Source of the DNA: Mobula hypostoma
Lineage: Eukaryota
DNA: 64,000 nt
Reading direction: 5' to 3'
NCBI RefSeq assembly: GCF_963921235.1
Contig: NC_086108.1
Coordinates: 88,042,001-88,106,000 of the forward strand
A program made the translations under genes and the position numbers. The first letter of the stretch is position 1, and every line of letters begins with the position of its first letter. The notes under the pieces were generated by a model, which did no database searches, had not been told where the DNA came from, and worked only from the letters and a program-made list of their open reading frames with translations. This document shows, in pieces, positions 51,247-64,000 of this stretch.

Positions 51247-52614
51247 AATCGACATTCTTGGCATTTAACATTCACTGAGGCTGAGTAAACAGGTTTTCAA
51301 ACTAGACTCACCAGACAGCTTTGGAGAGGTTACACACATAAGGTGCCAACACTTGATAGCTAACTTTATGCAAAAAGTTGGCTTGAATACCAGGCAGCAT
51401 TTTGCTCTTTTCCTGATATGATATGTTACTATTATTCTTATCAAACCCCTAATGAATGAAAGTTTGGCTTTCACTACACTCTCCTCTGCAGACATGGTTC
51501 CTTTCCAGAGGATTTGGGCAAATGTACCTTGCCGATTCATTTTGCATCTATGCAAATAAGAATATTAGCATTTGTACCACAGTCAGATATTAGATCAGAA
51601 GTTCCACACTCGATGCAAGGACAAAGCTCTATTTTGAGTCGGAACTTACTTGGCCTTTGTTCGTGTGCCCTGCGGAACAGGCAGACCCACAGTTCAAAGG
51701 GAAAAAGTAGTCCGATCGGCCAGTGAATGCTTCACCTGCATTTGGCACAAACCGGGGAGTGGGGAGAGAGGGAGCTCACTGAAGCCCATCAAATATTGAT
51801 GTTTTCAATAGTGGGGGAGCCTAGAATCAGAGGGCACAGCCTCAGAACATAGGATGCCTCTGTCGAACGGAGATGAAGTGAATTTTCTTGAGCCAGAGGA
51901 TGGTGAATCTGAGGAATTCATTTCTGCAGGTGGCTGTGGAGGCCAAGTCATTGGGTATATTTAAAGTGGAGTTTGATAGTTTCTTAATTAGCAAGGGCAA
52001 CAAAAGTTACGGGATGGGGGGGAGGTAGGAAATTGGGGTTGAGGGGGAAAATAAAACAGTCATGATCAAACGGTCGAGAAGACTCAATAGGCTGATTGGT
52101 CTAATTCTGCTCCTATGTCTTATGGACTATGTCTAAATAACAAGGCAAGCTGAAGCATGCCTAACCTACTGCCCTCATCACAGCCCCTCCAATTTTAGCC
52201 ACTCTGTCCCCTTTCTCTCTCCTCCTGATCTACCAAATTCCTCCTTCACTCACCCTCCTACTAGCACCTGGATCCCCCCTTTCGCCCACTCCATCTGTCC
52301 ATGAGCCACAATCCTTTCACTGGGCCTCTCTCCCCCCTGCTGTGCCCATCTGCCCACCCCACTTCCCTTAGTTGGTTTCATTCCCCAACTTTCTTTCCCA
52401 TCAGATTTCATTATTCACAGTCCTTTGTTGCCTCCGTCTACTACACCCCAGACTCTGTCACTCTTTCCACTCTTCTCTCCTTCATCTATCTTTCCTCCTT
52501 ACATGGATCTGCCTACCACTTGCCAGCTCTTGGATCACCCTGCCTCCTCACCACCTATACTCGCCATCTTCCCTCTAGCTTGTAGTCCAGGTGAAGGATA
52601 TCAGCATAAAATAT

Positions 52615-54460
52615 CATAGAAACACAGAAATCTACAGCACATAACAGATCCTTCAGCCCACAATGTTGTGCCATCTATGTAACCTACTCTAGAAAATGTC
52701 TAGAATTTCCCTAGCACATAGCCCTCTATTTTTTTAAGCTCCATGTACCTATTTATGAATCTCTTAAAAGACCCTATTGTATCTGCTTCTACCACCTTTG
52801 CTGGCAGTGCATTCCACGCACCCACCACTCTCCATGTGAAAAACTTACCTCTGACATCCCCTTCCATCTACCTTCAAGCACCTTAAAGCTATGCCCCCCG
52901 CTCATGTTAGCCATTTCAGCTCTGGGAAACAGCCTCTGGTTATCCACATGATCAATGCCTCTCATCATCTTATACACCTCTATCAGGTCACCTCTCATCC
53001 TCCGTCGCTCCAAGGAGAAAAGGCCAAGTTCACTCAACCTATTCTCGTAAGACATGCTCTCCAAGCCAGGCAACATCCTTGTAAACCTCCTCTGCACTTT
53101 CTCTATAGTATCCATATTCTTCCTGTAATGATGTGACCAGAACTGAACACAGTACTCCAAGTAGGGTCTAACTAAGGTCCTATGTAGCTGTAACATTACC
53201 TCACAGCTCGTGAACTCAATCCCATGTATGATGAATGCCAACACACCATACGCCTTCTTAACAACACTGTCAACCTGTGCAGCAGCTTTGAGTGTCCTGT
53301 GGACACAGACCCCAAGATCTCGCTGATCCTCCACACTGGCAAGAGTCTCATTATTAATACTATATTCTGTCTTAAAATTTGACCTACCAAAATGAACCAC
53401 TTCACACTTATCTGGGATGAAGTCCATCTGCCACTTCTCAGCCCAGTTCTGCATCCTATCGATGTCATGCTGTAACCTTTGACAACCCTCCAGACTATCC
53501 ACAACACCAAGTGCCTAGTGACTGCCTATTTCTCTTCACAGACATTGCCTGATCCGCTGAGCTCCTCCAGAGGTTTGTTTTCTGATCCAGAGTCCAGCAG
53601 CAGCAGTTTCTCGTGTCTCCCCTTCCACTTGTCGACTTGTTGGAGCCAATGTCTAATCCAATTTACTTCCTCATCCTGAATGCCGAGCAACTGAATCTTC
53701 TTGACCAGCCTCCTCAGGACCTTGTCAAGTGCATTACTAAAGTCCATGTAGACAACATCCACTGCCTTGCCTCCATCCTCTTTCTGGTAACTTCCTTGAA
53801 AAACTTGGTTTTTCAAAAAAAAAATGGTTGGTTAGATTTGACCTAACATGCTCAAAGCTATGCTGACAATCCTTAATCAGTCCATGTCTACCTAAATACC
53901 TATGTATCCGGCTCCTAAGAAAGCATTTCAGTAACTTTCTCATAACTGATGTCAAACTCACCAGCTTATAATTTCCTGGTATATGCTTAGAGCTTTTTTT
54001 AAAACAGTGGAACGGCATTAGCTATCCTCCAATCTTCCGGCACCTCTCCTGTTGCTAATTATACTTTAAATATCTCTGCTAGGGTCCTGGCAATTTCTGC
54101 ACTTGCCTCCTGTAGGTACCGAGAGAACACCTTGTCAGGTCCTGGGGATTTATCCACCCTGATTTACCTCAGGGTAGCAAACACCTCCTCCTCTGTAATC
54201 TGTATAGAGTCCATGAAGTTGATGTCATCTTACCTCACTTTTATAGACTGTATTGGTCTGCCGAGTAATAGAAATGCAAAAAATTCATTTAAGACCCCCC
54301 CCCCATCTGTTTGGCTCCACACATGGATTACTATTCTGAGCTTTCAATCCTTTTGCTCTTAACATATCTGCAGAATCCTTTAGTATTCTCCTTCACCCTG
54401 TCTGCTAGAGCAACCTCATGCCTTCTTTTAGTCATCCTGGTTTCTTTCTTAAGTGTTCAA
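52615..54460 (-). mobile_element. Cluster of CR1-like LINE fragments with an intervening Penelope-type terminal fragment (~53525-53610)
   Basis: 237 aa ORF 52789-53502 is the CR1 ORF2 C-terminus (WQM.F..DKC.V.HFG...LVRP.LEYCVQFWS); RT pieces at 53600-54200. Confidence 0.85.
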
Positions 54461-54639
54461 AGAGGTTAAAGATATCGGTGAACACTCCAGCCAGTTGGTC
54501 AGCCTGTCTTCAGGGTACCCAGTCAGGCAATCCATCTGAGCCAGGCACATTCCGTGGGTTCACCCTTGTGAAGGATGTTCTCACATCAGCCTGAAGTTAC
54601 AGGGTCACCAGGGGCTGTAGGAGTTTGTAAAGATGTCTC

Positions 54640-56328
54640 CATGTTGTATTGGCCAAAGTGAGGCCTGGTGGCAGGTAAATAAGCTTTTCCTTAAGGTCAG
54701 CAAGACAAGGGGGAAGGTTATAGACTTCAAGAGAACTCGCAACACTTACATGCTCCCCCCTTTACATTGGTGGCACAGCAGTGGAAACTGTAAGCAGTTT
54801 CAATCTCCCGAGAGTGAACATCACACACAACCTCTTAGAGTCCCAGAACACAAACTACACAGTCAACAAGGCTAACCAATGCCTCTGCTTTCTGAGGAGG
54901 CTAAAAAGAGCACATCCGTACTCCCATCATTCTACAGATACGCAGCAGAGAGCATCCTGACAAGCTGAACCACTACCTGGTATGGAAACTGCACTGCGGC
55001 AGACAGGAAGGCTCTATAGCACATCTCTGGCATCAGCCTACCTGTCGTCAAGGTGCTGGAAAACTGCCAGTAACATCACGAAGGATAACACACGCCCTGC
55101 TCATGGAGCGCTTGACCTACTCCATCGAGGAGGAAGCTACGTAGCATCCACGCCAGGACCACCAGACTCAGAAACAGTGACTTTCCCCAAGCAGTAAGAC
55201 TGATCAGCACCTCTTCCACTGTTTTATTATTTGCTGCGAGCCGCCTTAGGTGCAGCCTAACATTACTTTATGGACATACAATCAATTTATGTATATCAGC
55301 TATCTTTTATATTTATTGTAGATTTTATTATTATTGTTATTCATCTGGAGTAACAATTGAGTTGAATTGACTTTATTACTTACATCCTTCACATACACAA
55401 GGAGTAAAAATTTTTGTTACATCTCTGTCTAAAAGTGCAATTCATACTAATTTATAATAAATAGTACGTATAACAGGACAATCAATATAACAGAAATACA
55501 GTTGTGTCAGCCAGATGTCCTGGTGGAAGAAGCTGTCCCGGAGCCTGTTGGTTCTGGCTTTTATGCTGCGGTACCGCTTCCCGGATGGTAGCAGCTGGAA
55601 CAGTTTGTGGTTGGGGTGATTTGGGTCTCCAATGATCCTTTGGGCCATTTTTACACACCCGTCTTTATAAATGTCCTGAATAGTGGGAAGTTCACATCTA
55701 CAGATGCTCTGGGCAGTCCACACCACTCTCTGCAGAGTCCTGCGTTTAAGGGAAGTACAGTTCCCTTACTAGGAACTGATGTAGCCAGTCAGGATGCTCT
55801 CAATTGTGCCCCCGTAGAAAGTCCTTAGGATTTGGGGGCCCATACCAAATTTCTTCAACCATCTGAGGTGAAAGAGGCACTGTTGTGCCTTTTTCACCAG
55901 ACAGCCGGTATGTACAGACCATGTGAGATCCTCAGTGATGTTTATGCCAAGGAACTTAAACCTGTTCACTCTCTCAACCCCAGACCTATTGATGTCAATA
56001 GGGGTTAGTCTGTCTCCATTCTTCCTGTAGACCACAACCAGCTCCTTTGTTTTTGTGACATTGAGGGAGAGGTCGTTTTCTTGACATCACTGTGTCAGGG
56101 TGATGACTTCTTCTTTGTAGGCTGCCTCATTATTATTTGAGATTATCAGTGTAGTGTCGTCAGCAAATTTAATTAGCAAATTGGAACTGTGGGTGGCGAC
56201 ACAATCATGGGTGTACAGGGAATAAAGGAGGGGGCTTTGGACACAGACCTGTGTTACAGTACTCCAAGTTCTCCTTTACTCGTGTACAGGAAAGGACGTT
56301 AAACAATCTTAAATCTTGAATCTTGAAC
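54640..56328. mobile_element. Rex1-like LINE 3' end (+) split by a second Rex1-like LINE (-, ~55358-56250)
   Basis: Minus-strand peptides VERVNRFKFLGINITEDLTWS...KAQQ.LF.LR and HPNHKLFQLLPSGKRYRSI; the plus-strand (atcttga)n tail resumes after 56255. Confidence 0.75.
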
Positions 56329-56566
56329 ACAAGGCACTGAGCTTATCTAAGAGCAAAACCTTGATGTCTCAGACTACATGCTGCTTAGTTTTACTTTGTA
56401 GGAGGTGATAGCATTAAAGCCTTACCACAGTTGTCGAGCATTATCTGTGATTCCAGTTTCATATGGAATTGTCACTTCACATGTGAGATGGTTTTCTGGA
56501 GGTCATACCTGGATCTCTTGTACTTTATTTAGTTGCCAGACCTGAATGCCATTGATCTGGCCCTCT

Positions 56567-57095
56567 GGTTAGGCCATACTCCAAGTGGACACAGTTCTGG
56601 TTGCCTCACTATAGGAAGGATGTGGAAGCATTGGAAAGGATACAGAGGAGATTTACCAGAATGCTGCCTGGTTTAGAGAGTATGCATTATGATCAGAGAT
56701 TTAGGGCTTTACTCTTTGGAGAGAAGGAGGATGAGAGGAGACTTGACAGAGGTGTACAAGATATTAAGAGGAATAGATAGAGTGGACAGCCAGCACCTCT
56801 TCCCCAGGGCACCACTGCTCAATACAAGAGGACATGGATTTAAGGTAAGGTGGGGGGGGGGGGAAGTTCAAGGGGGATATTAGAGGAAGGTTTTTCACTC
56901 AGAGAGTGGTTGGTGCGTAGAGTGCACTGCCTGAGTCAGTGACGGAGGTAGATACACTAGTGAAATTTAAGAAACTACTAGACAGGTATATAGAGGAATT
57001 TAATTTGGGGGTTTATATGGGAGGCGGGGTTTAAGGGTCAGCACAACATTGTGGGCCAAAGGGCCTGTACTGTGCTGTACTATTCTATGTTCTAT
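56567..57095 (+). mobile_element. CR1-like LINE 3' fragment
   Basis: LGLYSLERRRMRGDLTEVYKILRGIDRVD...TRGHGFK; ttctatg tail. Confidence 0.88.
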
Positions 57096-57785
57096 ATCTC
57101 TTGGTTCATCCAGTTTTTCTGGTTGGGAAAGACTAAATGATTTTGTGGAGAGACACTCATCCATGACTGAGTTTACAAAGTCTGTGACAACTGTGGCATC
57201 TTCATTCAGCTCCTCTGACGAGTCTGTGAACATGGTCCTGTCAACGGACTCGAAGCAATCCCATAGCTGCTCCTCTGCCTCCTGTGACCACCTCTTCATT
57301 GTCCTTACTTCTGGGGCCCTTGCTCTTTAGCCTCTGCCTGCATGCAGGTAGGAGGACAGCTAAGTTATCAAATTTTCTGCAATGAGGCCTGGACATGGAA
57401 CGGTAGGCATTCCTTATCGTAGTATAGTAGTGGTCAGGTCTGTGGGGACCATTGGTGCTGCAGATGGTATGTGAATGATAATTGGCCAGAGATTTCTTTG
57501 AGCAAGCCTGATTGAAGCCCCCCACAATAATCTGAAAGGTGCCAGGTAGGGTTCTTTGTTTGCTTATCGCTGTCATCAATGCCTTGAGTGCATGCTTAAC
57601 TTTGGATCATACATTGGATCAATCAGGCAAAGATTTTGTTTGTTACAGCTTTATACAATCCTGAGACTTCACCCTCCCAGTTTTCTTGACCTGAAATTTA
57701 GCACTTCAGTATCATATTTCTTTCTTCCACTGCATAACAAACTTCACGGCACTTTGGTAAAGTGAACATTATTTTCTGCACCTAC

Positions 57786-57926
57786 CTTCATTGCATTTCT
57801 TCCCGTGCCAACCTGCAGCACAAGAGCAGCCATAGGGATCGGGCAGACAGAACCTGTAACCACTGCAGCGCTTTTGAGGTGTACACTCCTCTTGGCAATT
57901 GCGACCAAATTTTCCTTCTTCGCAGA
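57786..57926 (-). CDS. tie1: Tie1 exon, EGF-like domain 2 (141 nt)
   Basis: CEEGKFGRNCQEECTPQKRCSGYRFCLPDPYGCSCAAGWHGKKCNE, with the Tie-family FCLPDPYGCSC motif; AG/GT flanks. Confidence 0.95.
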
Positions 57927-58049
57927 CTAAAACAAAAACAGATGGATTGCTGAGAATCTGACCATCTTTAGTCCAGCGCACAAGATGAGCTTTTATAAGA
58001 TCAATCACAATTCCAAATTCTGGATTAGATAGCATCTTGGGAAGATAGT

Positions 58050-58470
58050 TTGGGTGAGCTAGGGTTTTTCTCTTTGGATAAGGGTTGGCTTGATAGAGAT
58101 GTGTGAGATTATAATAGGCATAGATCAAGTGGAGAGCCAAAGACTTTTTCCCAGGGCAGAAATGGCTAATATGAGGGGACATAATTTGAAGGTGGTTGGA
58201 GGGAAGTATAGGAGAGATGTCAGAGGTAAGTTTTTATTTTTATTTTACTTATTTATTTTTACACAAAGTGATGGGTGAGTAGAACACGCTTCCTGGGGTA
58301 GTGGTAGAGGCAGGTACATTAGGGCCATTAAACTCTTAGGGACATGGATAATAGAAAAATAGACGTTTATGTGTGGAAAGGACAGGATAGATTGCTGTTA
58401 GAGGAATTTAAAAGATCGGCACAACATTGTGGGCCTTAGGGCATGTACTGTGGTGTAATGTTCTAAGTTT
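58050..58470 (+). mobile_element. CR1-like LINE 3' fragment
   Basis: IIGIDQVESQRLFPRAEMANMRGHNLKV. Confidence 0.8.
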
Positions 58471-59389
58471 TTTTGTCCTAATGCAACCACAAATGTTAAT
58501 TTGCTCTGTTATCTCCACCTTTGATGCTGTCAAGCCAATCAAACCTTAATGCATCACCCCTTGCCTTCTCTCTTAGCTCTCACTTCTCCATCTCTCACTG
58601 TCACCTCTGTTCATTCCACCCAAATTTGCAAAGTGCACACTTAGCTGTTCTTGACCACAAATTGGCTTATTTCTCCTCGGATCATACTTAGAGACATCAT
58701 CTGTCATTACCATTCTCCTTCATCTTACAAATACATTCTGCATAGCAAGGATAACATAACTCCTTTTGCATATTAACAACCATGTTCTTATATATTCCTC
58801 TCTGTCAATCCACCCTCTCCTTTTAACAGCAGTTTCCAAGAAGCTGGAGACATTTCTGTCACAGGCACTCAGATCCATATTCATCTGCACCCATACCACC
58901 CCATCCCTATCAAGCCAAATAGCCCCCCCACCCCAGGCTTGCCCTACTCCTTTCCTGAACCTAAGTACCTATTTGATCTGAGGCAGCATCCATCATCAAG
59001 AATCCCTACGACCCAGGACATGCCCTCTTCTCCTTACTATCAGAGGAGTGGTCCAGGAACCTGAAGACACACATTCAACAGTTTAGGAACAGCTTCTTCC
59101 CCTTAGCAATCAGATGTTTGAACAGGCAATAAACCCTTGAACACTACCTTTTTATTTTTGCTCTCATTTTGCACTACTTGTTTAATCTTTTAAAACAGTA
59201 TATATTTATTATTGTAATTTATAATATATTTTATGTATTGCACTGTACTGCCACTGTAAAATAACAGATTTCATGACATGTGCCTGTGATAATAAACCTG
59301 ATTCTAATTCTGATTTCTCTCCCATCCTCCATCTTGCCCTTTGAAACTTTGCTTATGTGACCCATCTCTTATTCATTAAACCTAAACTA

Positions 59390-60000
59390 CTATTGGGTAC
59401 TTGCTCATTAATGCAAGTATCTAATCAGCCAATCATGTGGCAGCAACTCAATGCATAAAAGCATGCAGACATGGTCAAGAGGTTCACTTGTTGTTCAGAC
59501 CAAACATCAGAATGGGGAAGAAATATGATCAAAGTGACTTTGACCGTGGAATGATTTGTTCACCTCAAAAAAACTGATCTCCTGGGATTTTCATGCACAA
59601 TAGTATCTAGAGCAGGGGTTCCTAACCTTTTTTTATGCCGTGGTCCAATTCCATTAGGCAAGGGCTCTGTGGAGCCCAGGTTGGGATCCCCTGATCTAGA
59701 GTTTACAGAGAATGGTGTGAAAAACAAAAACAAAACAACCAGTGAGTTGCAGTTCTGTGGGTGAGAATGCCTAGTAATGAGAGAGGTTAGAGGAAAATGG
59801 CCAAACTAGTTCAAACTGACAGGAAGGTGACAGTAACTCAAATAATCACACAATATAACATTGGTGCACAAAAGACCGTCTCCGAACACAAAACATGTCA
59901 AGCCTTGAAGTGGATGGGCTACAGCAGCAGAAGACCATGAACATACACTCAGTAGCACTTTATTGGTATAGGAGGTATCTAATAAAACAGCCACTGAGTG
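59390..60000. mobile_element. Tc1-derived non-autonomous element with a terminal palindrome
   Basis: cactcagtagcactttatt...aataaaacagccactgagtg inverted repeat at ~59946-60000; hosts a hAT MITE. Confidence 0.55.
59613..59693. mobile_element. 81 bp hAT (Charlie-type) MITE
   Basis: TIRs caggggttcctaacct / aggttgggatcccctg; perfect 8 bp TSD atctagag (59605-59612, 59694-59701). Confidence 0.85.
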
Positions 60001-61321
60001 CGTGCTTACTAAACAAGTTTTGTGTAATATTGTGTTGGTGTGGTTATTATAATTTGAACTGCAGAGTTAATGAAAGTTTTAAACTTGTAAACTTTAAACT
60101 TCATGATTTTACATTTTAGTTCTGTGTTAAGCAAGATATTAGTTGATAGTCACAGGTAATGATCTGGAAATCCCGGTATGCAAAATAGCATTTCTGATTA
60201 ATAAATACCATACAACTAACAGGCATCACTGGCCATGAGATCCCAATACACTTTTATGGTGTTTGAATGCAGCTTTACATAAGAGAAAATTGTATGACAA
60301 AAACGGTCAGCAATTCTTTTTATTCATCTGAAGTTCTTTACATTCTTCGCTTATTGAATGGTGATAGATATTTGCTGAATGATACACATACAGTGTGCAG
60401 GGAAGTTTCTACTGAAATCAGCAGAGCACCTGTGGTTAAAATAGCCACAGGTAAGGGTGAACCAATTTACCTAAAATAGCATGTGAAATTTGCCATCGGA
60501 CTCTTTAACAAAAGAGGATAACTACACTCATTCTATTTCTGGTGGTCCCACAATCAATGATCTCACTTGAAGGACTCTTTATCTTATTATTTCATTCTCT
60601 CATTATTTATTGCTACATGTTTATATCTGCATTTGCACATTTTGTTGTTCATTGATCCTGTTTAAAGTTACTGTTCGATAGAAGTATGCCCGCAGGACAA
60701 AGAATGTCAGGGTGACATGTACAGCATGTACTCTGATAATAAATTTTACTTTGAACCTTGAAATAGCCATACCCATGGTTAGTGAATGAATTCTGCTGGA
60801 CAATGCTGCTTTAGATGAATCTGAATCAGGTTTATTATCACTGACATATGTCGTGAAGTTTGTTGTCTTGCGGCTGCAGTACAGTGCAATACATAAAAAA
60901 ATTACAAGTTATCATTTTAAATATACAAATTAATAAGTAGTGCGAAAAGAGAGCAAATAATGTTCACAGGTTCATGGAGAAATCAGAAACCTTATGGTGA
61001 AGGAGAAGCAGCTGTTCCTAAAATGGCAGATGTACATCATCAGGCTCCTCTACCTCCTCCCTGGCGGCAGCAGTCAGAAGAAATCATGTCCTGGATGGTG
61101 AGGGTTCTCAATAATAGATGCTGTCTTCCTGAGGTACTGGCTTTTGAAGATGTCCTCGATGGCGCTGGCTGAGCCTACAGCGGTCTGCAACATTTTCGAT
61201 CCAGGTCATTGGAGCTCCCATCCCAGATGGTTCCAAAGCACAGCTTTTGTTATGCTGTTACTTTTGTTACTCTGTGGGTGTCAGGGTCTGAGCTTCAAGT
61301 AAGTTAATTAAATCACCATAA

Positions 61322-61638
61322 AGCGTGGCCAAGTGGTTAAGGCGTTCGTCTAGTGATCTGAAGATCGCTAGTTCGAGCCTTGGCTGAGGCAGCGTGTTGT
61401 GTCCTTGAGCAAGGCACTTAACCACACATTGCTCTGTGACGACACTGGTGCCAAGCTGTAATGGCCCTAGTGCCCTTCCCTTGGACAACGTTGGTGTCGT
61501 GGAGAGGGGAGACTTGCAGTATGGGCAACTGCCGGTCTTCCATACAACCTTGCCCAGGCCTGCGCCCTGGAAACCTTCCAAGGTGCAAATCCATGGTCTC
61601 ATAAGACTAACGGATATAGATATAGAGATATATATATA
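61322..61638 (+). mobile_element. tRNA-derived SINE
   Basis: Pol III A box tggccaagtgg (61326-61336), B box agttcgagcc (~61370), GC-rich body and an (AT)-rich simple-repeat tail. Confidence 0.8.
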
Positions 61639-61752
61639 ACATAAATTTCATTCGAAGAATGGTGTGATACAAAAGTCGGTAATTCAGTTCCACAAGGATG
61701 CCTGATTTGTGAAATAAGAGTGCTGCTCAATAGTAATCATCTGTTTTCTTAC

Positions 61753-61884
61753 CAAATTGACAATTTTCTCCTGTGTAGCCTGGTCCACAGATACATTCCC
61801 CAGTACCTTCGTGACAGATCCCTCCATTCAGACAATCAGGGCATGTTTTATCACATGATGTGCCCCATTTCTTATCAGGACAGG
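61753..61884 (-). CDS. tie1: Tie1 exon, EGF-like domain 1 (132 nt, phase 1-1)
   Basis: Translates (x)[43 protein letters not shown]; ttacag acceptor, gtaaga donor; not in the ORF track. Confidence 0.93.
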
Positions 61885-64000
61885 CTGTAACATAACATGA
61901 AGATGTTAGTACAATATTAGATCAGTGTCCAATAACGGGTTAATGTTCATGTAACTTTTTTCAGTTATTTCTCCCGGTGATAGGTCACAGCCCACACTGC
62001 CACTGAGCTTCATATCATTAACAATTTTAGATGAATTACACATAATTCCTCTCATACAAATACTTACATAGGATGGGAACAGATATGACTCCAGTAAAAA
62101 TCCATACAGTGCCCCCTTATTCACAACCTTCTAATTTACAAATGACCCATTTATGTTTACTCTGTTTTCTGTCTGGGAAATTAATCACTTATCTACACCA
62201 GTATCCTAATCTCAATACTCTGTCCTCCAACTTTGCTTAATAATCTCGTGTAATTACTAAAATTTCCCCAAAATTCCAAAAGAACCCCACATAAATTGGT
62301 TTAAACTCAGCTGTACTGCTCGTTACTACATTCAGGCAAGTCAGATTTGATTTTCCTTTCACAAATCTGTTAACTCTCCTCATTCCTATCATTATGTTCT
62401 ACAAATCCTTTCACCATTTCCTTCATAATAGATTCCAGCATTTCCCTACTACTGATGGCTACTGATTGGTCTATAAGTTTGTATTTTCTCCCACCTTCCC
62501 TGCTGTTGTTACCTTTAAATTTGTGGGAACCATTCTAGAATCAAAATAATTTTGGAAGATGACAACTAGTGTCTGTATTACCTCAACCCAACTCCTCAAA
62601 GGCTAGTATACAGGTCATCACGTCCTGGGAATTTATCAGCTTTCAGTTCCACCAATTCCTCCAATATTAAGTTTTACTAATCTTTGAAATCCTCATTCAT
62701 TCTAGACCTGTGGTTCCCAACTAGTAAGCTTTTTGTGTGAATCCTGATGCAGAGTTCTGACCTGAAACTTTGACAGTTCCTTCCCCCACACCCCACAGAT
62801 GTTGCTTGGCCCTCTGAGTTTCTCAGGCAGATTATGTGCAGCTCCAGATTCTGCCCATCTGCAGTCCCTTGTATCTCCAAACTTCCTGTGTGCACTTCCA
62901 TGCAGTCAGACAAAAATATTTGTTTCATTCCTCTTCACATTTCATGCTCAGGTTTGGTCAACCCAAGGAAGGAAATACTTATGACTGACGGTGCGCAACA
63001 AAGATTAATTAAGATTGATCCTTGGCTTAAATGGCTTGTTGTATGACTTGGAAGACATATAGGTTAAGCATACAGGGTTTAAAGTTTGATGATCTTATCT
63101 ATGCTGCTAGTTACAATGTTTTGATTAGTTAAATCTGTTTTTCTTTTCATAAACTTATTTTAATAGCTGAGTGTAGATGGACCAAAAAGCAAGTTAAAAA
63201 CAAATGATCTGAAATATAAATGAAAGGAAAAAATGCAAATGTTCTGTTATGGACAATTATTTTAAAGTATCAGATGTAGATTACTAATGCAGCATCTATT
63301 GACAGTTAACCTGTTGACTTTGCAGATTTTGTCATTTGTTTACCTATTGCTGCAATATTAGCCAGCGTTATAGAGAACACATTGTTCAGCATGTGGGAGA
63401 GGACAGGTAACTAGGAAATAACTGAGAAAGGGACTGATGGGTATGCTCCAATGGACTCCATAGAGCAAATGGGTTTCTGGGATATATGGAAATATGAGAC
63501 CTATCATAGATTAGATGACTGAGAAGAAACCAAGCAAAGTCTGAATCTGAGGGATTATCTTGCATTTGGGGTTGATGTGACAAGGCTTGGGGCTCATGAT
63601 GCAGGAAAACAAAACCACCGAAAACTACAGGTGAGTGTGTGAAAGATTTTAAAAAAAGTGAGATTAAGATAGGATTAGAGTAAAATGAGCTGTTAATGAT
63701 TGGTGTGGATTTAATGGAACAAAGAGCCTGATTCCATGCTCTTGTGGCTTTGTGACTCGAACTCTCCGCAGTCTTATTACTATATTATGTAAAAACTTTA
63801 TACAGGGCTTGAAAAGGTATGTGCAACAATGATTTCTTTTCTTGCGGCTGTTTTGAAAAACTCCTTGAAAAATATATAAATGGAGCACTTTTGTTCATAC
63901 AGTTGAACCCAAAAATATAAAAACTTTTAATCATAATCATTCCTGACCTGTGAGCAACCCAGTCTTTATTGGCTGAAAACAGTTTTTTAACAAATATAGA

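Noticed and set aside
52789..53502. Longest ORF in the window (237 aa) as a host gene
   Set aside because: It is the C-terminus of CR1 LINE ORF2
61322..61395. tRNA gene
   Set aside because: A and B boxes are present, but I see no complete acceptor stem or poly-T terminator; it continues into a SINE body and tail
63540..63640. Possible plus-strand exon ending CAG/gtgagt
   Set aside because: An isolated donor-like site with no convincing acceptor, ORF or homology
61885..64000. Upstream tie1 Ig2 exon
   Set aside because: No matching exon (ending ...RLIVR-like) was found; it presumably lies beyond the window

Overview
Eukaryotic (vertebrate) genomic DNA, most likely from a cartilaginous fish such as a ray; this is inferred from the repeat landscape (CR1-, Rex1-, Penelope-, V-SINE- and Deu-SINE-like elements) and from protein divergence. 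The window is the interior of a tie1 receptor tyrosine kinase gene on the minus strand. I resolved 15 consecutive coding exons by hand (61884 down to 8806; 2681 nt), all with GT-AG boundaries and compatible phases. They encode EGF1-3, Ig3, the fibronectin type III region, the transmembrane helix and the kinase as far as the activation loop. The 5' exons and the last kinase exons lie outside the window. Main observations: (1) this Tie1 has four FN3 domains rather than the three of mammalian TIE1/TIE2, and the extra one resembles the membrane-proximal FN3 of TIE2; (2) positions 1-7469 hold a near-identical ~3.97 kb tandem duplication of an internally deleted endogenous retrovirus whose shared middle LTR is chimeric; (3) Penelope-like retroelement remnants carry minimal hammerhead ribozyme motifs. 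Most short ORFs in the track are transposon debris or noise. Repeat boundaries are approximate unless a target-site duplication (TSD) is given.
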